Made by a program: the position numbers and the translations under genes | Origin: Patellaria atrata CBS 101060 | Lineage: Eukaryota | Length of the DNA: 64,000 nt | Assembly (NCBI GenBank): GCA_010093705.1 | Contig: MU006089.1 | Span: 3,436,061 to 3,500,060 of the forward strand | Reading direction: 5' to 3' | Notes under the pieces: model-generated | Databases searched by the model: none | Seen by the model: the letters and a program-made list of their open reading frames with translations, nothing else | Told to the model about the DNA's origin: nothing | Shown: positions 1 through 12,356 of the stretch, piece after piece | How the letters are laid out: every line of letters starts with the position of its first letter | How positions within the stretch are numbered: the first letter of the stretch is position 1

Positions 1-784
1 GATATGTTGGTCACACGAAGTGAGTACCACTCGTTGGGAAGTCATGTTCGGGATTAGAAACTAATTTCTCCAGATCTCACACCTGGAGAATCCGTATACG
101 GTGAAAAGCGCATCAGTGTCCAGACTACAATTCCAGATTCCGTCAATGGAGAGGTTGCTCCCGCTACCTCAGTCGAATACAGAGTCTGGAATCCGTTCCG
201 CAGCAAGCTTGCGGCTGGTATTCTTGGAGGTTTGGAGGATATCTATATGAAGCCTGGTAGCAAAGTTCTATATCTCGGTGCTGCTTCTGGCACCTCTGTT
301 TCGCACGTTGCGGACATTGTGGGCCCCACCGGAACGGTCTTCGCCGTAGAATTCAGTCACCGATCAGGACGAGACTTGGTCAACATGGCTACACACCGTA
401 CTAACGTCATCCCAATTGTTGAGGATGCCCGTCATCCGATGAAGTACAGAATGCTTGTCTCCATGGTTGACTGTATCTTCGCAGACGTTGCTCAACCGGA
501 TCAAGCCCGTATCGTTGGATTGAATGCGCACCTGTTTCTCAAAGTTGGAGGAGGTGTTTTGGTTTCTATCAAGGCTAACTGCATTGATTCCACAGCAGAA
601 CCGGCAACGGTCTTCGCGAGAGAAGTTGAAAAGCTCCGAGAAGAGAGAATCAAGCCCAAGGTACAGTTGACACTAGGTAAGAACGATAATCGATGCTTTT
701 AGGTCCATAACTAACCACAAATCTACAGAACCATTCGAAAGAGATCACGCCATGGTTGCGGGCATCTATCAACGCCATGCTTAG
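1..784 (+). CDS. NOP1: Fibrillarin / rRNA 2'-O-methyltransferase, 3' part (gene starts before the window)
   Basis: Motifs [56 protein letters not shown] and [10 protein letters not shown]. Introns 20-73 and 677-728 restore the frame; TAG at 782-784. Confidence 0.97.
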
Positions 785-1083
785 GGAGTGATGCTTCTCC
801 TAGATCGGTTTCCTTATATTCTCGTCAGCGTCGTGCTTATTATTGTACGGATCTGCTCGAAAATTCGAACTTCCTGTATTTGCTCATATGGGTATGGCGT
901 CAGGAGGTAGTTAGATATCAAATGCATGCAACATGTTCTCATATTGAATTGCTAATTCCAGTTTACACAAACTACCAACCCAATTACATTTCGGTCAAAT
1001 TACTAATAATCCAACTAGTCACCCAAGGAATTCCCTCTATGTTCTATGAAGCCGACGAGCAAGTGGATTTGCTGCATACCTCT

Positions 1084-2670
1084 CTACCAGTAACCCCGAT
1101 GTTCTTGTTCAAGGTGGCCCGAACGACTTCCGCTATCGCGACGCGAACGCACAATAGCCGTCGTTGAATCAGGAGAATGAGAACGGTTCAAACTGCTCGT
1201 AGACTCTCTCCTCGGGTTATATGTTGAATGATGATTAGGGTAGTTCCAGAATTCCTCCATAAGCGACTGCTCGGGTGGCTCCATAGACCGTCTCCTCGAA
1301 TCACGAGTCGAATGACGGGGTGAAGTCTCCATAAGTTCCGAACTGAAATGTTGGGTCGATGAGTGAATCGAGGTGGGCGTCGAATCTCGGTTTGAGCGTT
1401 CGTCGGAAGGATGGGTCGGGGTTCGAGTGCTATTTCTTGTCGACTGTCTATCTCTACGACTGGACGAATCGCGGCTCGAAGTAGCGATCCCTACTTGAAG
1501 AATCCTCCAACCGGAGCCAGTCCCTCTACTACGACGAAGTGCTATAAGGACTCTCAGACTAGAGTATGTCTCTATGCTAAAAAGTGACAGGGGCCCTTCA
1601 AAGGACTGATCATCAGACTCGCGAACTTGCGATGTATCAGAAGACGTCTCACTACCCTGAAAAGGCCAACGTAGTTCTACAGGAGGCCTCTCTTGTAGAT
1701 GTAAATATGGTTCAGCGGTATTGCCGGTACCACTATAAACTGTACCAGTTGAAGAAGCGTCGGAAATGTCGGAATCCCTGCGCTGCGCCAGACACAAAAT
1801 GTAGGGGGGAACCATTTCTTCGATAGAAACAGCAGATCTCACATAGTCAGGAGGCGAGAAACTACCATTCGAAGAAATAGACGGAGCCCGTGGAATTCTA
1901 GGTCTATCTTGAGGAGGAGTTCTCGAGAAATTAACATTCGAATGAGGAGACGGAGACAGGGGAGCTCTAGGACGATATGAACGAGGTGTTCCCGGGAGAC
2001 CACCATTCGAATGGGGGAACGGAGATCGTGGTGGTTCAGAACCATCACGACGAGAAGGTCCCACAACCGGAGCTCGAGTGGCGACTGTATGTGCAGAAAG
2101 ATTAATGGGAAAGGGACCTCCCTCGTAACTCGTCATTGGGAAATCGAAACGAGGAGTGGTGATAGAAGAGCGGCTCTCACGATGGCGTCGGGACCTCCCA
2201 AGAGAAAGCACACGGGCAATATTCCTACCGACTGTAGCCAGGGAGTTACGCCTGGATCCATTGTAAAAATATCGAGAAGTGAGACTACGCCTCAGCGTCG
2301 GACGACTCAAGTAAGCATCTGGGCCGCTGGGTGAAGATGGCGCTGATCTGCCGGGACGAATGGGACCAGTAAAATTGAGATCCCTGGAATCCCACACCAG
2401 GTCGGCGTGACACTCAGGACAATAATCGTAGTATTGAATATAGGGGATGTAGCAGTCCCTGTGCCAACCACATAAGCAGTCGGATTCTCCCGCGGCTCTA
2501 TAGATTTGACCTCGGGATGTAAAGCTCACGAAGCAGTCTACGCAGTGGGCGGGGCGTGACCTCACATAATCCCAGGAATGCATCGGCGAAGAATTTTCCA
2601 TGAGATCGATCAGAACATTGACGTTGGTCTCTCGTGGAGAGATCGCGCGTGGAGACCGTGAAGAAGACAT
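1084..2670 (-). CDS. Intronless 528-aa protein with an N-terminal RING-like zinc finger and a long Ser/Arg/Pro-rich disordered tail
   Basis: Long ORF. CVDC-x19-CLCGWHRDC-x10-CPEC has RING-type ligand spacing. Confidence 0.6.
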   Translation of the reverse strand: MSSSRSPRAISPRETNVNVLIDLMENSSPMHSWDYVRSRPAHCVDCFVSFTSRGQIYRAAGESDCLCGWHRDCYIPYIQYYDYCPECHADLVWDSRDLNFTGPIRPGRSAPSSPSGPDAYLSRPTLRRSLTSRYFYNGSRRNSLATVGRNIARVLSLGRSRRHRESRSSITTPRFDFPMTSYEGGPFPINLSAHTVATRAPVVGPSRRDGSEPPRSPFPHSNGGLPGTPRSYRPRAPLSPSPHSNVNFSRTPPQDRPRIPRAPSISSNGSFSPPDYVRSAVSIEEMVPPYILCLAQRRDSDISDASSTGTVYSGTGNTAEPYLHLQERPPVELRWPFQGSETSSDTSQVRESDDQSFEGPLSLFSIETYSSLRVLIALRRSRGTGSGWRILQVGIATSSRDSSSRRDRQSTRNSTRTPTHPSDERSNRDSTPTSIHSSTQHFSSELMETSPRHSTRDSRRRSMEPPEQSLMEEFWNYPNHHSTYNPRRESTSSLNRSHSPDSTTAIVRSRRDSGSRSGHLEQEHRGYW

Positions 2671-3172
2671 CTTTTGGATGGTTTGGTGAGTTGCGGTTTG
2701 ATAAGAAAGTAGTCGTATGTGTATGTGTGGTTGCTGTTGTAAATGTTGTAAGTTGCAGTTTTTTTATTGGAACTAATGATGAGATGGAATTCCCTTCATC
2801 ACCTTCAGTTTTTATGGGTAATATTTTCAACATAGTGAGTGAATAACACTCTAATCTTGGACATTGTGCCATACACTAAGGATAATCTTGCCAAGGTATT
2901 GAGCTTGAACAACGTAAGAGGTGGCCTCAGTGAACGTAAATCGAAGTACCGCTATTTCTAGTCGAATCTTACGGCAAAGTGAACGCGATTTAACATTCAA
3001 GGTTTAGAGTTGGATGAGGTGCGGGCCAAACCTATTTTCAGGGGCTTGTTAAAAAAAGGGGCTCCCGTTGTATCAATTCACCAATGTGCATGTGCATCAT
3101 GTTTGAGTAAATGGTATTCAATTACTTACTTTGTTCCCTATACTCTGAGATTGTTATTGCTAGGTTACCATC

Positions 3173-4435
3173 TTATACAAGATCGGTCATACCTCGACCA
3201 GCATCCCAGGCAATAGCAATAATATCCCTACTGGACGTTACCACTTGTCCTGTTCTGACTGCATGTATCCGCTCAACTAAATATGCAAGCTCTTGTTCAT
3301 ACAAAGCTAGATCACCAGTATCTATCTGCGAGTCTGCCAGTCCCAGATAGAACCGATAGAGGGCATCGACCTCTAACTCTAATAGAGCATCCGATGAAGT
3401 CCAGTAGTGTAAGGCTTGAATCTGAGGAGCACCCGCCTGGATTGCTTCTAAGAAAGCTTCGACCCACTCTCTAAACTCTATGCCACCACGATTTAGCCAA
3501 ACAGGTGCTCCAGGAGAGGGGATACCGCTGTACGAACGAATTGAGTGTAGGGCAGCCGCTGCTATCATCACTATCCTTTGTTCGCTTTGATTAAGGAGAG
3601 TATCGCCTTGTGATTGGATACCTTCCATAGCATTGCTGTCGTAGTATTCAGGTACGAATTGGATTTCGCTTCCGCTATCGGTAGGGAATACGGTGCCTGG
3701 GACTGGTGCGGTATTTTGTTCCATTTCCTCTGGCTCCTCGTCTTCAACTTCCAATATGCTGGAAAAGACGACTTGGTGACGACCGTCATCCAGCTCACTA
3801 TGCCCGACAACATGAAACATTATGCCTGGAAGACCTTCACCGGGTGTGGCACCTAAGCCCATATTAGCATCTCCTCTGTAACCAGATAAGATTACAAGAC
3901 CGTCCTCTGTCGCAACATGTCTAAAGATACTAACAGGACTCCACGTATAGCGTCCAGCGTGAGCGAACCCAGATATAACTCTGACGTTTGGTTCAGATAA
4001 TAGCTCACCCAAATCATTTCCAATTATGTCAGTATTCGGTTGAATTCGTTGGGATCCTATTACTCTCATAGCATCCATGACTGACCAAGTCCAATCTCCT
4101 TCTCGAAATCTGGGGAGGATCGCACTGTCGATTACTTGTACTCCAGGGAAGATGTCGCTGAACTCACCATATTTGCCCTCTACGAATAGCTGGGTTCTAC
4201 ATGTAGGACAACTGTCGTTTACGTTTAGCCAATGACGGATACAATCATTCCCAAAGACATGGCCATTACCGCAGGGTAGATGGACTGCATAGTCTGCCTT
4301 TTCGTAACTGTAATCTTCTCTGCAAATGCAACAGCTCCTATCTTCCACATCCAGTGTAGTAAGCTCGACTCTTGGGAAGAGTTGTTCCAAGAAAGCTTCG
4401 CGACTCAGAGTTGGTGTCTGATCTTGAGTAGTCAT
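3173..4435 (-). CDS. Intronless RING-finger protein (putative E3 ligase)
   Basis: CCICREDY...HLPCGNGHVFGNDCIRHWL...CPTCR. Likely start MTTQDQ at 4435, inside the 467-aa ORF. Confidence 0.8.
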   Translation of the reverse strand: MTTQDQTPTLSREAFLEQLFPRVELTTLDVEDRSCCICREDYSYEKADYAVHLPCGNGHVFGNDCIRHWLNVNDSCPTCRTQLFVEGKYGEFSDIFPGVQVIDSAILPRFREGDWTWSVMDAMRVIGSQRIQPNTDIIGNDLGELLSEPNVRVISGFAHAGRYTWSPVSIFRHVATEDGLVILSGYRGDANMGLGATPGEGLPGIMFHVVGHSELDDGRHQVVFSSILEVEDEEPEEMEQNTAPVPGTVFPTDSGSEIQFVPEYYDSNAMEGIQSQGDTLLNQSEQRIVMIAAAALHSIRSYSGIPSPGAPVWLNRGGIEFREWVEAFLEAIQAGAPQIQALHYWTSSDALLELEVDALYRFYLGLADSQIDTGDLALYEQELAYLVERIHAVRTGQVVTSSRDIIAIAWDAGRGMTDLV

Positions 4436-6203
4436 AATGATGCGAATTTGTTTCGGTGTTGAGACGAGATAAGTTGTAGAAGTACTGTTTTCTTGGTAAT
4501 ACTGTGGTACTGAGAGCCAGATTAGTTCTCGTACGACCATATGCGCTTTTATAGGTCTGAAACGATGTAAACACAATCCAAGTTTCTATTGTAACCATTC
4601 AATAGAAAAATCCATTGTTACATTGTAAACCATCACATATCCCTATGGTAAAGAACTGTTTTTGCAGCAATATAATGACGAAAATAGGTACATAGTTCTA
4701 TACACATAGGGCTTGACGGATAATAAGCACATTGTCTTATGAAGTAGATTTTCACGGGAACAATTGACAATGAGCTTTCATATCAAGGAAATGGTGAGCT
4801 ACGGAAATGTTTACCTGCTTAGACTCGTCCCATTGAGTAGTAGACTGCAAGAGGATTGACTAATTGACTGTATGAGCTTCGGATATTTCTAATTGCTATT
4901 AAGGAATAGATGTTAAGGAAATAGAATATTGAGTTCCAGTCAATCCTAGGAAAATAAGAAATGTTGTATTAGACATGTCAAGTACCTGTGCACGGTGGTA
5001 TTCTCCTAGCTTCACAATGAACAGGTGTACAAGAGCTGCGTTGTTCGGGAACCGGCCGATACGCTTGGTGCTCAATTATGACTGATAGAGAAATATGGAT
5101 ATGATAGGTAAGAACCACTGAACTGTACATATTTAGAGCCTGTAGTAGGATCTGTGAGATGGGAGGCCCTAACAATAACTGGCAGTACGTGTGCCCCTTT
5201 CTACTCTAGTAATATCTATATCTGTCCGCCCTATTTCTACATATCTACTGGAATTGCCCAATCGAGCCACCGGCGCTACTGCTTTAGAGCATCGTGTAGA
5301 GAATATATTCGGTTCTTGAAGACCTTTTGTAGTGCCTCGCTTGATCAAAGAGCTGTTTTGTATCATCCTTTGGAGTACATCGACGGAAATTGATTTCTTG
5401 CAGTTTACAGAAGAGATAAAACACTAGATATAGCTTCAAAGGAAGCTCTACTACTACAGTGGGTATGCCTCGTCTCCTCAAAAAGTTATCGATTTTCACG
5501 TCAACAATTCCGGCATCGATGGTCAAATAGCTCTGTTTGGATCGGATCGCTTCTGTTCATAAACTCGGTCTTTGATCATTGGGAAATAAGCCAGATGTAG
5601 AGGAGTTCACGACAAATCGGACAACGTGGACAACGTGAACCAGTCTGTAGTCTTCTAACGCATTTATTGCTAATTATATGGCCTCCGCGACATCGTAGCT
5701 TCACGGGAGACTCTGCGTTTCACTCCCTTGCACGTTCTTTGGATGTTATAGGTTCATAACAAATAGTGCAATTGCAATCCTCACGAGATATGGTGGAGAT
5801 CTATTGTTTCTAGCGCTTCGTAAAGGTATTTATTCCGGGTCGATGCTAATGGATTAAAGCGACGGCTCCACATGGCTTTGACCTAAACGTAATGATAGGA
5901 GTCCTTTGAATTTACAATAAAGGTGGAAATATACAGACATATATATCTATATTCTCACCATAGTAACTATGGAATTCGATCGTTTGCTTAATCAGCATAC
6001 TAATTTTCTTTGTCCGCGGTTGCTGCTGCAGATGTATCGTACCGCGGGCGTAACCTGAAACACAATGTGTCTAAGGTCACGTACAATCCAATGGAGAGAA
6101 CGTATATTAATCCATCGTGTTGCTGGTACCAGGTTATCACAAACAGATTGTGAGTTCGTCCCGCGCGGACTTCGCTGAATGCCTCTATAGAGGACCTATT
6201 CAA

Positions 6204-7229
6204 TCATTTCACCCTTGCGGCTCTTCTCTCGTTCTCAGTTCTCCCTTCAACGCGTCCCAGAAATTGCATTCTGTCTGTATAGCTTTCCTTCGCTTTGCCA
6301 TATTCGTCTAGTTCCTCTGCTATACCTTCTTTGTCAACGAAACCGGCCCAGTCGTAACGTGACTTTTCTACAGTATTCAACTTTTGCGCTTTATCTCTCT
6401 TCGTAGGTAAAGAAGACTGCAATTTCGGATTCAGTGATCCTACTCGGGGCCATTTAAGCTGCTTCTCAGGCGGGAACAGTGGTGCTTTCACTTCCCCTGA
6501 GGGATTGGGCTCGAAACGAGAGGGTCTCTTGAGTGGCCGAAATAGGAGAGGTTTTGCGGGCTCTGATGGTTCTTGCGGGAACTTTGCGTCAGTATTCGAA
6601 GCTAAGTATAGTCGAGCTTCTTCAGAATCTTTTAGCACTCGCCGTTCTTCGGTAACCGTCTCCCCTGCGAACTCATAGGTACGTTTTATTGTGATAAATT
6701 CCTCTTCCCCAGGCTCCTCTATGGGTACTCTAGCGTTCCGAGATGCTATGACTCCACTATCTTTTTTTCGTGGCGAAGGCTCGGAAAGACCGTGTTGATC
6801 GTTCTGGATCTCCGGTGTGCGCGGACGTCTTCCAACAGGTGTACTAATCAACCTCGCCCAAGCAGCCTCTACATCAATTGTAGCTCCTTCAATTTCAGCA
6901 AGAGGTCTTCTTTCAGTTTGCTCTTGTCTGCGCTGAGCTCGGGTCTTGATCAGTCCTCCTTCCCCTCCAGAGTCAATATCAATATCTTTCCCATCTTTCT
7001 GTTTTCTTCGTCGTTTCTTGAGCTCCTGTACAACTACTTCATCCCCCGAATCAAAGCCTTCGGACTCGGGTAGAGGGCTCTTGCGTTTACGGCCTCGTGG
7101 CTTCTTAGACGAAGCTTCGGGCGCATCGTCTTCTGAAGACGAGCTGATTTCGACATCGATCTCGGCAGTCGGGTTAAAATCTTCATCGGATGCAGAATTG
7201 TAGTTCTCATCTTCCATTGGCTCATCCAT
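6204..7229 (-). CDS. SWC5: SWR1 complex subunit Swc5 (BCNT-C domain)
   Basis: Acidic N-terminus (YNSASDEDFNP), ITIKRTYEFAGE, and C-terminal BCNT motif KLNTVEKSRYDWAGFVDKEGIAEEL. Confidence 0.9.
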   Translation of the reverse strand: MDEPMEDENYNSASDEDFNPTAEIDVEISSSSEDDAPEASSKKPRGRKRKSPLPESEGFDSGDEVVVQELKKRRRKQKDGKDIDIDSGGEGGLIKTRAQRRQEQTERRPLAEIEGATIDVEAAWARLISTPVGRRPRTPEIQNDQHGLSEPSPRKKDSGVIASRNARVPIEEPGEEEFITIKRTYEFAGETVTEERRVLKDSEEARLYLASNTDAKFPQEPSEPAKPLLFRPLKRPSRFEPNPSGEVKAPLFPPEKQLKWPRVGSLNPKLQSSLPTKRDKAQKLNTVEKSRYDWAGFVDKEGIAEELDEYGKAKESYTDRMQFLGRVEGRTENERRAARVK

Positions 7230-8208
7230 TACTGCTGCGCGAAGACTTGATGGTTGGAGGTCTAGTACACGCGATGGTTAGGTTGGGAAGACGCATGTTA
7301 AATTAGCACTAATGGTTCATCTAGGTCTCCGTACGCATACCTTACACCACCAGTACTGTTTTATAATATACTATAAGCTTCAAAGCACTTCATCTCAGTT
7401 TCCTGTTCTCAAAGTCTTGAAATTTATCATTAGTATCTCCTGAATTCTCGTCTGCTGTACAGTCTTCTTCCCAAGTTGTCCGTTATAGTTCCATAATTCT
7501 CGGTGTTGATGTTATGCAATAGTACAAAGTATAAACTCCAAATGTCGGATGCTCTTATTCTCTACTCTAATAATGTGCAGTAACGTACTGCTTTATTTTT
7601 CCTGAACGACGTCAATTGGAATCTTCAACCTGATATACAGCTTATGTATTGAGGGGTTGCCGAACTTCGATTGGGTGTTATAGTTCCAAGCCGATAGAGA
7701 ACTAAGGTTTCAAACCGAATAATGCGAACTCCTAACAGGGTATCACTTTGTTACACATCCTTCGAGAAGACTTTTCTTTGAGCATTCTTTTGTTGATGCT
7801 TTTTTGTTGTCTGTTCCCGTTATGATAGTGTTTGAATTGACGATATTCCAGCCCCGCCCATAAGGGTTTGGCCCCCAAGTGTGCTTCTTGACTCTCTTCA
7901 GCCACGATACTTGGCAATATTAAAGCCATTATAAAGGCGCTAAATCATATATTCGGCCAATGAAGATGGAAGACGCAACGCCTCATGTGGACTCAATCGG
8001 CTGCTATACGAGTAATAGGCTCGGCAGAAGGCGAATCTCAGATATCGTAGCTCTCTGCCCGGTTACACTATGTTTTCGGTGTCTTGTATATATGATGCCG
8101 TCGAAGCCGCGGCTCTTCATCAATTTTGATCAGCTTCTTCTGAGGCGGAATTTCCTTGGAATCATTGCTCTCCCATCCCTCTCCATCATAAACCTAATAC
8201 TGTAGAAA

Positions 8209-9191
8209 ATGCTCGCACGAACCCTTGTAGTCTTGGGTCTAACAGCTGGTATAGCTGTGGCTCAAGATGAGAAACGAGAGCTTGAGAAACGGCAAAGCGC
8301 TGGGTTCGACTCGTAAGTGTTGACCCCCTCCCATAGTATGATACCTGTGATCGCTAATAAGGACGTAGTGTATCTGCTGCTTCTGTACTGTTAACTGCGC
8401 TTCCTCCATCGATGATTTCTCTGGCGGTGACGAACACCCTTGCCTTGTACTCTGAGCTGCAGTCTCAATTTGCAAGTGGAGCGACTCCAACCTGGTTCCA
8501 GAACCTCCCATCCGATATACAAACTTTTCTAGTTCCGTCAGGCATACCAATATTCGATGTACCTACAACCGACGTAACCTCCTCAATCCCAGCTTTTACC
8601 CCGTTAACCAATAGTCGAATCATTACACCTCCAGTGACCTCGTTTGTGACTCAAACTTCCTCAGACACAGAGAGTACTACGTCTGAAGAATCAAGTACAT
8701 CTACACCAGCACCCACCGATGACCCGGATTCAGGGTTAAGCACGGGTGCGAAAACAGGAATTGGAGTTGGGGTTGCACTTGGAGTGTCTGCCGTACTAGC
8801 CATTATTACATTTGTCTTTTTCTCACAAAGACAGAAGAAGAAAAGGAAGACGAATAATGCTCCTCCCGCACCTCCTCAAAATTTCGGCAATGCCCCACAT
8901 ATGAGTAATCAAGGAATTGCGAACAACTATGTGGGTCCACAGGAGCTTGATGCTGGAGTTGAGAAGCCATATCCAACGGCACAGAACTGGCAAAATACAT
9001 CACAAATGTATGGAAACCAGGCACCTCACCAATATTCAAACAACCAGCAAGCGGTATGGCCTGTTGGCGGAGGGTCCCAACAGCAATTTCAACCACATCA
9101 AACACAACAATACCCACAAGAGATGTATGCAGATCCTCGACCGCAGCAGCCCCAAATGCAGCAATCACAAGCGTCATACCCCCAACAATAG
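8209..9191 (+). CDS. Type I single-pass membrane protein (signal peptide, Ser/Thr-rich ectodomain, Mid2-like TM, Gln-rich tail)
   Basis: Exon 1 encodes MLARTLVVLGLTAGIAVAQDEKRELEKRQ; intron 8313-8368 joins in frame to the 8412 ORF; TM LSTGAKTGIGVGVALGVSAVLAIITFVFF followed by a basic cluster. Confidence 0.8.
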
Positions 9192-10118
9192 AATCACCAA
9201 TAAAACTACTAGGATCATATAATGATAGTTAGACCAGCTCAGGAATTGATACTTAATGATGGTTATAAGACACCGGTACCATCTAATTGCGGTACCAAAA
9301 CTAAAATAGGGGGCTATGATGGCACTCAGACCGACAACACTAGCTACCGGAAAGTGCAAGACTATTACCTGCTGGATTCATATCATGTCTATTCAGACCG
9401 ATGTCTGTCGCTTACAACCAGCCTTTTCGCAAGGTTTCTGAGACCTTCCGGTGAACAGTTTCGCTCCAATACTCATAGCCGGATCCACATCTACCCAAAT
9501 GCGATTATAGGCGAAGTCAGCCGCCTCATTTAGGGTCCGTCTGTAAAGAATTTCGATCGTCTTAACGAATCCAAACCCCCTAACCCCCTTGAAATACCCC
9601 GATGTTATAATAGAAGATGGATCAAACGGCAATTCGGTATCAGATAGTTGTGACCATTTTCTATACACAAGAGGTCAATAGATGTATTCATATGCACATT
9701 ATATGTCCATTCAAGTGCATCTTATTATGTCAGAAGCTACTAGTCAGTAGGAATTTGATTTCTCCACGACAGTTAGGTTATGATAGACAGACCTCTGGTA
9801 AGCAAGTCAAATTACTTACCATTGCATATATCCACACACCTATATAGATAAACTACCTTATATCTCGTGAGTGGAACTTTAACTTCAACTGCACTTAAAA
9901 TGACTATGACTGTTATTTACTACCCCCATGCGGGGTAAGGTAAGGGTAGAAAGGTACCTTAGGGTCGAATATGCACTGCCACCTTCATCGTCACAATTTC
10001 TCACATAGCCAAGTATGACTCCACCTTTACTAACACTTCTTCTTTCACACAGTGTACGTACAATCATGCATCTTATAGATAATCAATAGAGGGAATACAG
10101 AATCATTAACAACCCGAT

Positions 10119-12206
10119 ATGGAAGATGATATCCTCGACCTTCCATCCTATGATGCGGCGACCAAAATCGATCCTTGGACTCTGGTAATCCCATACCTCA
10201 ATACGCGTGATATCAAGGCTATAGCGTTGGTTTCTCCTGGATTGAGGATTATTGCTCAGAGTTACTTATGGGGTAATCCCCGCCAGTTTTGGCCTCAAGA
10301 TGAGCCCGATAGGTTTAGTTAGAATCCAACTTCAACCATTATCCCCTTAATTCGCTAACTTCTAGTAGAGGCGCTCCTAGCCTTTCAAAATGCAAGCATG
10401 TCAGGGCGTCCTGGCATGTATACACATACGCTTGACCTGCAAAATCTAGGTGATATAGACGGTATTGACCTATCTCTTCCTAGGTTGTGGTTCCTTGTGA
10501 TAGCTACCATGCTACCTAATCTCAGGTCTCTTAATCTAGCAAACGTCAAGTTCCTCAGTCATACTTCACTATCGTCCAGTCTTGCTTCCGTGGAGTGCTT
10601 AGATAATCTAACGTTTTTGAACATATCACGTTGTCAGAACCTGACATTGGAATCTACGGTTCAATTATTGTCCAGGACACCGCATTTATATTATCTTGAC
10701 GTATCCGGAAACTCTCTCTACGGCACATCTAGTAAATCCTCGTCTACTGTACGGATGTTTTGTACTCAGATCCGGTCAGGGCTGAAGACTCTGCAAATAC
10801 TCAAAGCTAAAAATACAAAACTCCAGTGGGTAGTTGCACTACACTATCTCTTCCACGAAGATTTAAATCTTCCTCCACTACTATCGACCCCGAGCTGTAT
10901 TAGACAACTTAAAAGCTTCGATTTAGGACAGAATGGTAGAATTACGGATGCTGTGATCGAGGATTTGGTCACATCCTTTATTAAGCTACGGAGTTCTTCG
11001 TCGAATGGAAGTTTACCACCACCTTACTCTATGTTTGCGAATGTGGTATTACGCAGCAATCGAATTATCATGGAGGACGAGTGGCAACCCTATTTTGGCC
11101 ACTTCAGACAGAGGACAGGCAAGTCACAACTTCAGCTGGAATTTTCAGACGTAGAACCCAAAGTTGTTCATCAACTCAGGTCTCCCGAATTCCTAGCTTC
11201 CATCAGATCTAACCCAGCGAGCTCTACAATAAACCTGACACATTTGTATCTGTCCCATACTTCTGTCACGGCGGTTGCAATCGCTTGTTTTCTTCTTACC
11301 CTCCCCCTTCAATTCCTTGATTGCGGAGATGTTGAAGTATCAATCTCAGACGTTCAGTATCTGGGTATGAAATTCCATAATAGAGATCATTTTGATGAAA
11401 ATGTCGCTGCTGCACAGCTTATACTTGCAGCATTGCCTCGGTGTACGACTCTTCAGCACCTCAGAGTCAGCCACTGCATAGTAACGGGCTATGGTGCAAT
11501 GGCAGACATCAATCACATACAAAAGCCCCGGAAACCTATGAACACTAGCATCAGAAGTATCCGTGCTATTTTGGACGCTCTCAAGGAATTTGTAGCAGTT
11601 CGATCTACACCGCAGGGTCGACAATGGCAGGACTTGACCGGACAACATCACGAAGTCGTTTCATACATGTTCACGTCCAGCTTACTATCCATTGAGAAGT
11701 TGATTCTCACGTCCGTACCCACTACGAGTGAGAGAGGATTTGTATCAACATGCCTGAAGTCTTTTCTACTAGCATGTGGCGAAATGGAGCGTATTTCTGC
11801 TCAATATCACTGGCTCCAAGAGCATCCCGACGAGGTATTACCTGATCGATTACCATCGTCAAAACGACCAATTGGGATACGGGAACTTGTTTTAGAGATG
11901 CTTCCTTCTACAAAAGAACACACTGACGGTTATGACAATGACCTTGCAACTTATGAAGCTGCTGGTCAAGATGACTTCAGTTTCTATCCAGAAGAAAGAG
12001 TAACATCGAGTGCACAACAAAGATCCACAGATCTACAGAATTCTACTGTGAAACTTCATCCTGACAATGATGTGGTCTCAGTACTCAGGCAGTTCCGTCA
12101 ACGGCAGAAATCGCAGCAAGAGAAGAGTTTGTCGAAGGGATTCTTTACCAAAGACGAAACGGATTCGTTCTGGGGTGGGAACGTCTCTGTTGTGCGCGAT
12201 ACATAA
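10119..12206 (+). CDS. F-box-like / leucine-rich repeat protein
   Basis: Exon 1 F-box-like (PWTLVIPYL...IALVS...YLWGNP); intron 10318-10368 joins in frame; LRR units such as LPNLRSLNL, LTFLNISRC, LYYLDVSGN, LTHLYLSHT. Confidence 0.75.
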
Positions 12207-12356
12207 TATCAAAATACAATGTTACCTAGCGTCAATAGTTGCTTGAGAGATGGAGTCCTCATTTTACTATCAAGTACCTGAAACTCTCAACCGCATATTC
12301 AATTTCAGCTCATTGCCAACAGTTGTAATTCCCGTAATGGTTATTGCTAGATCAAT

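Noticed and set aside
4978..5600. Several short overlapping ORFs that might be a gene relic
   Set aside because: No recognisable motif or consistent frame.
9393..9668. Short ORF containing RGFGFV (RNP1-like)
   Set aside because: Non-ATG start and no other RRM features; likely chance.
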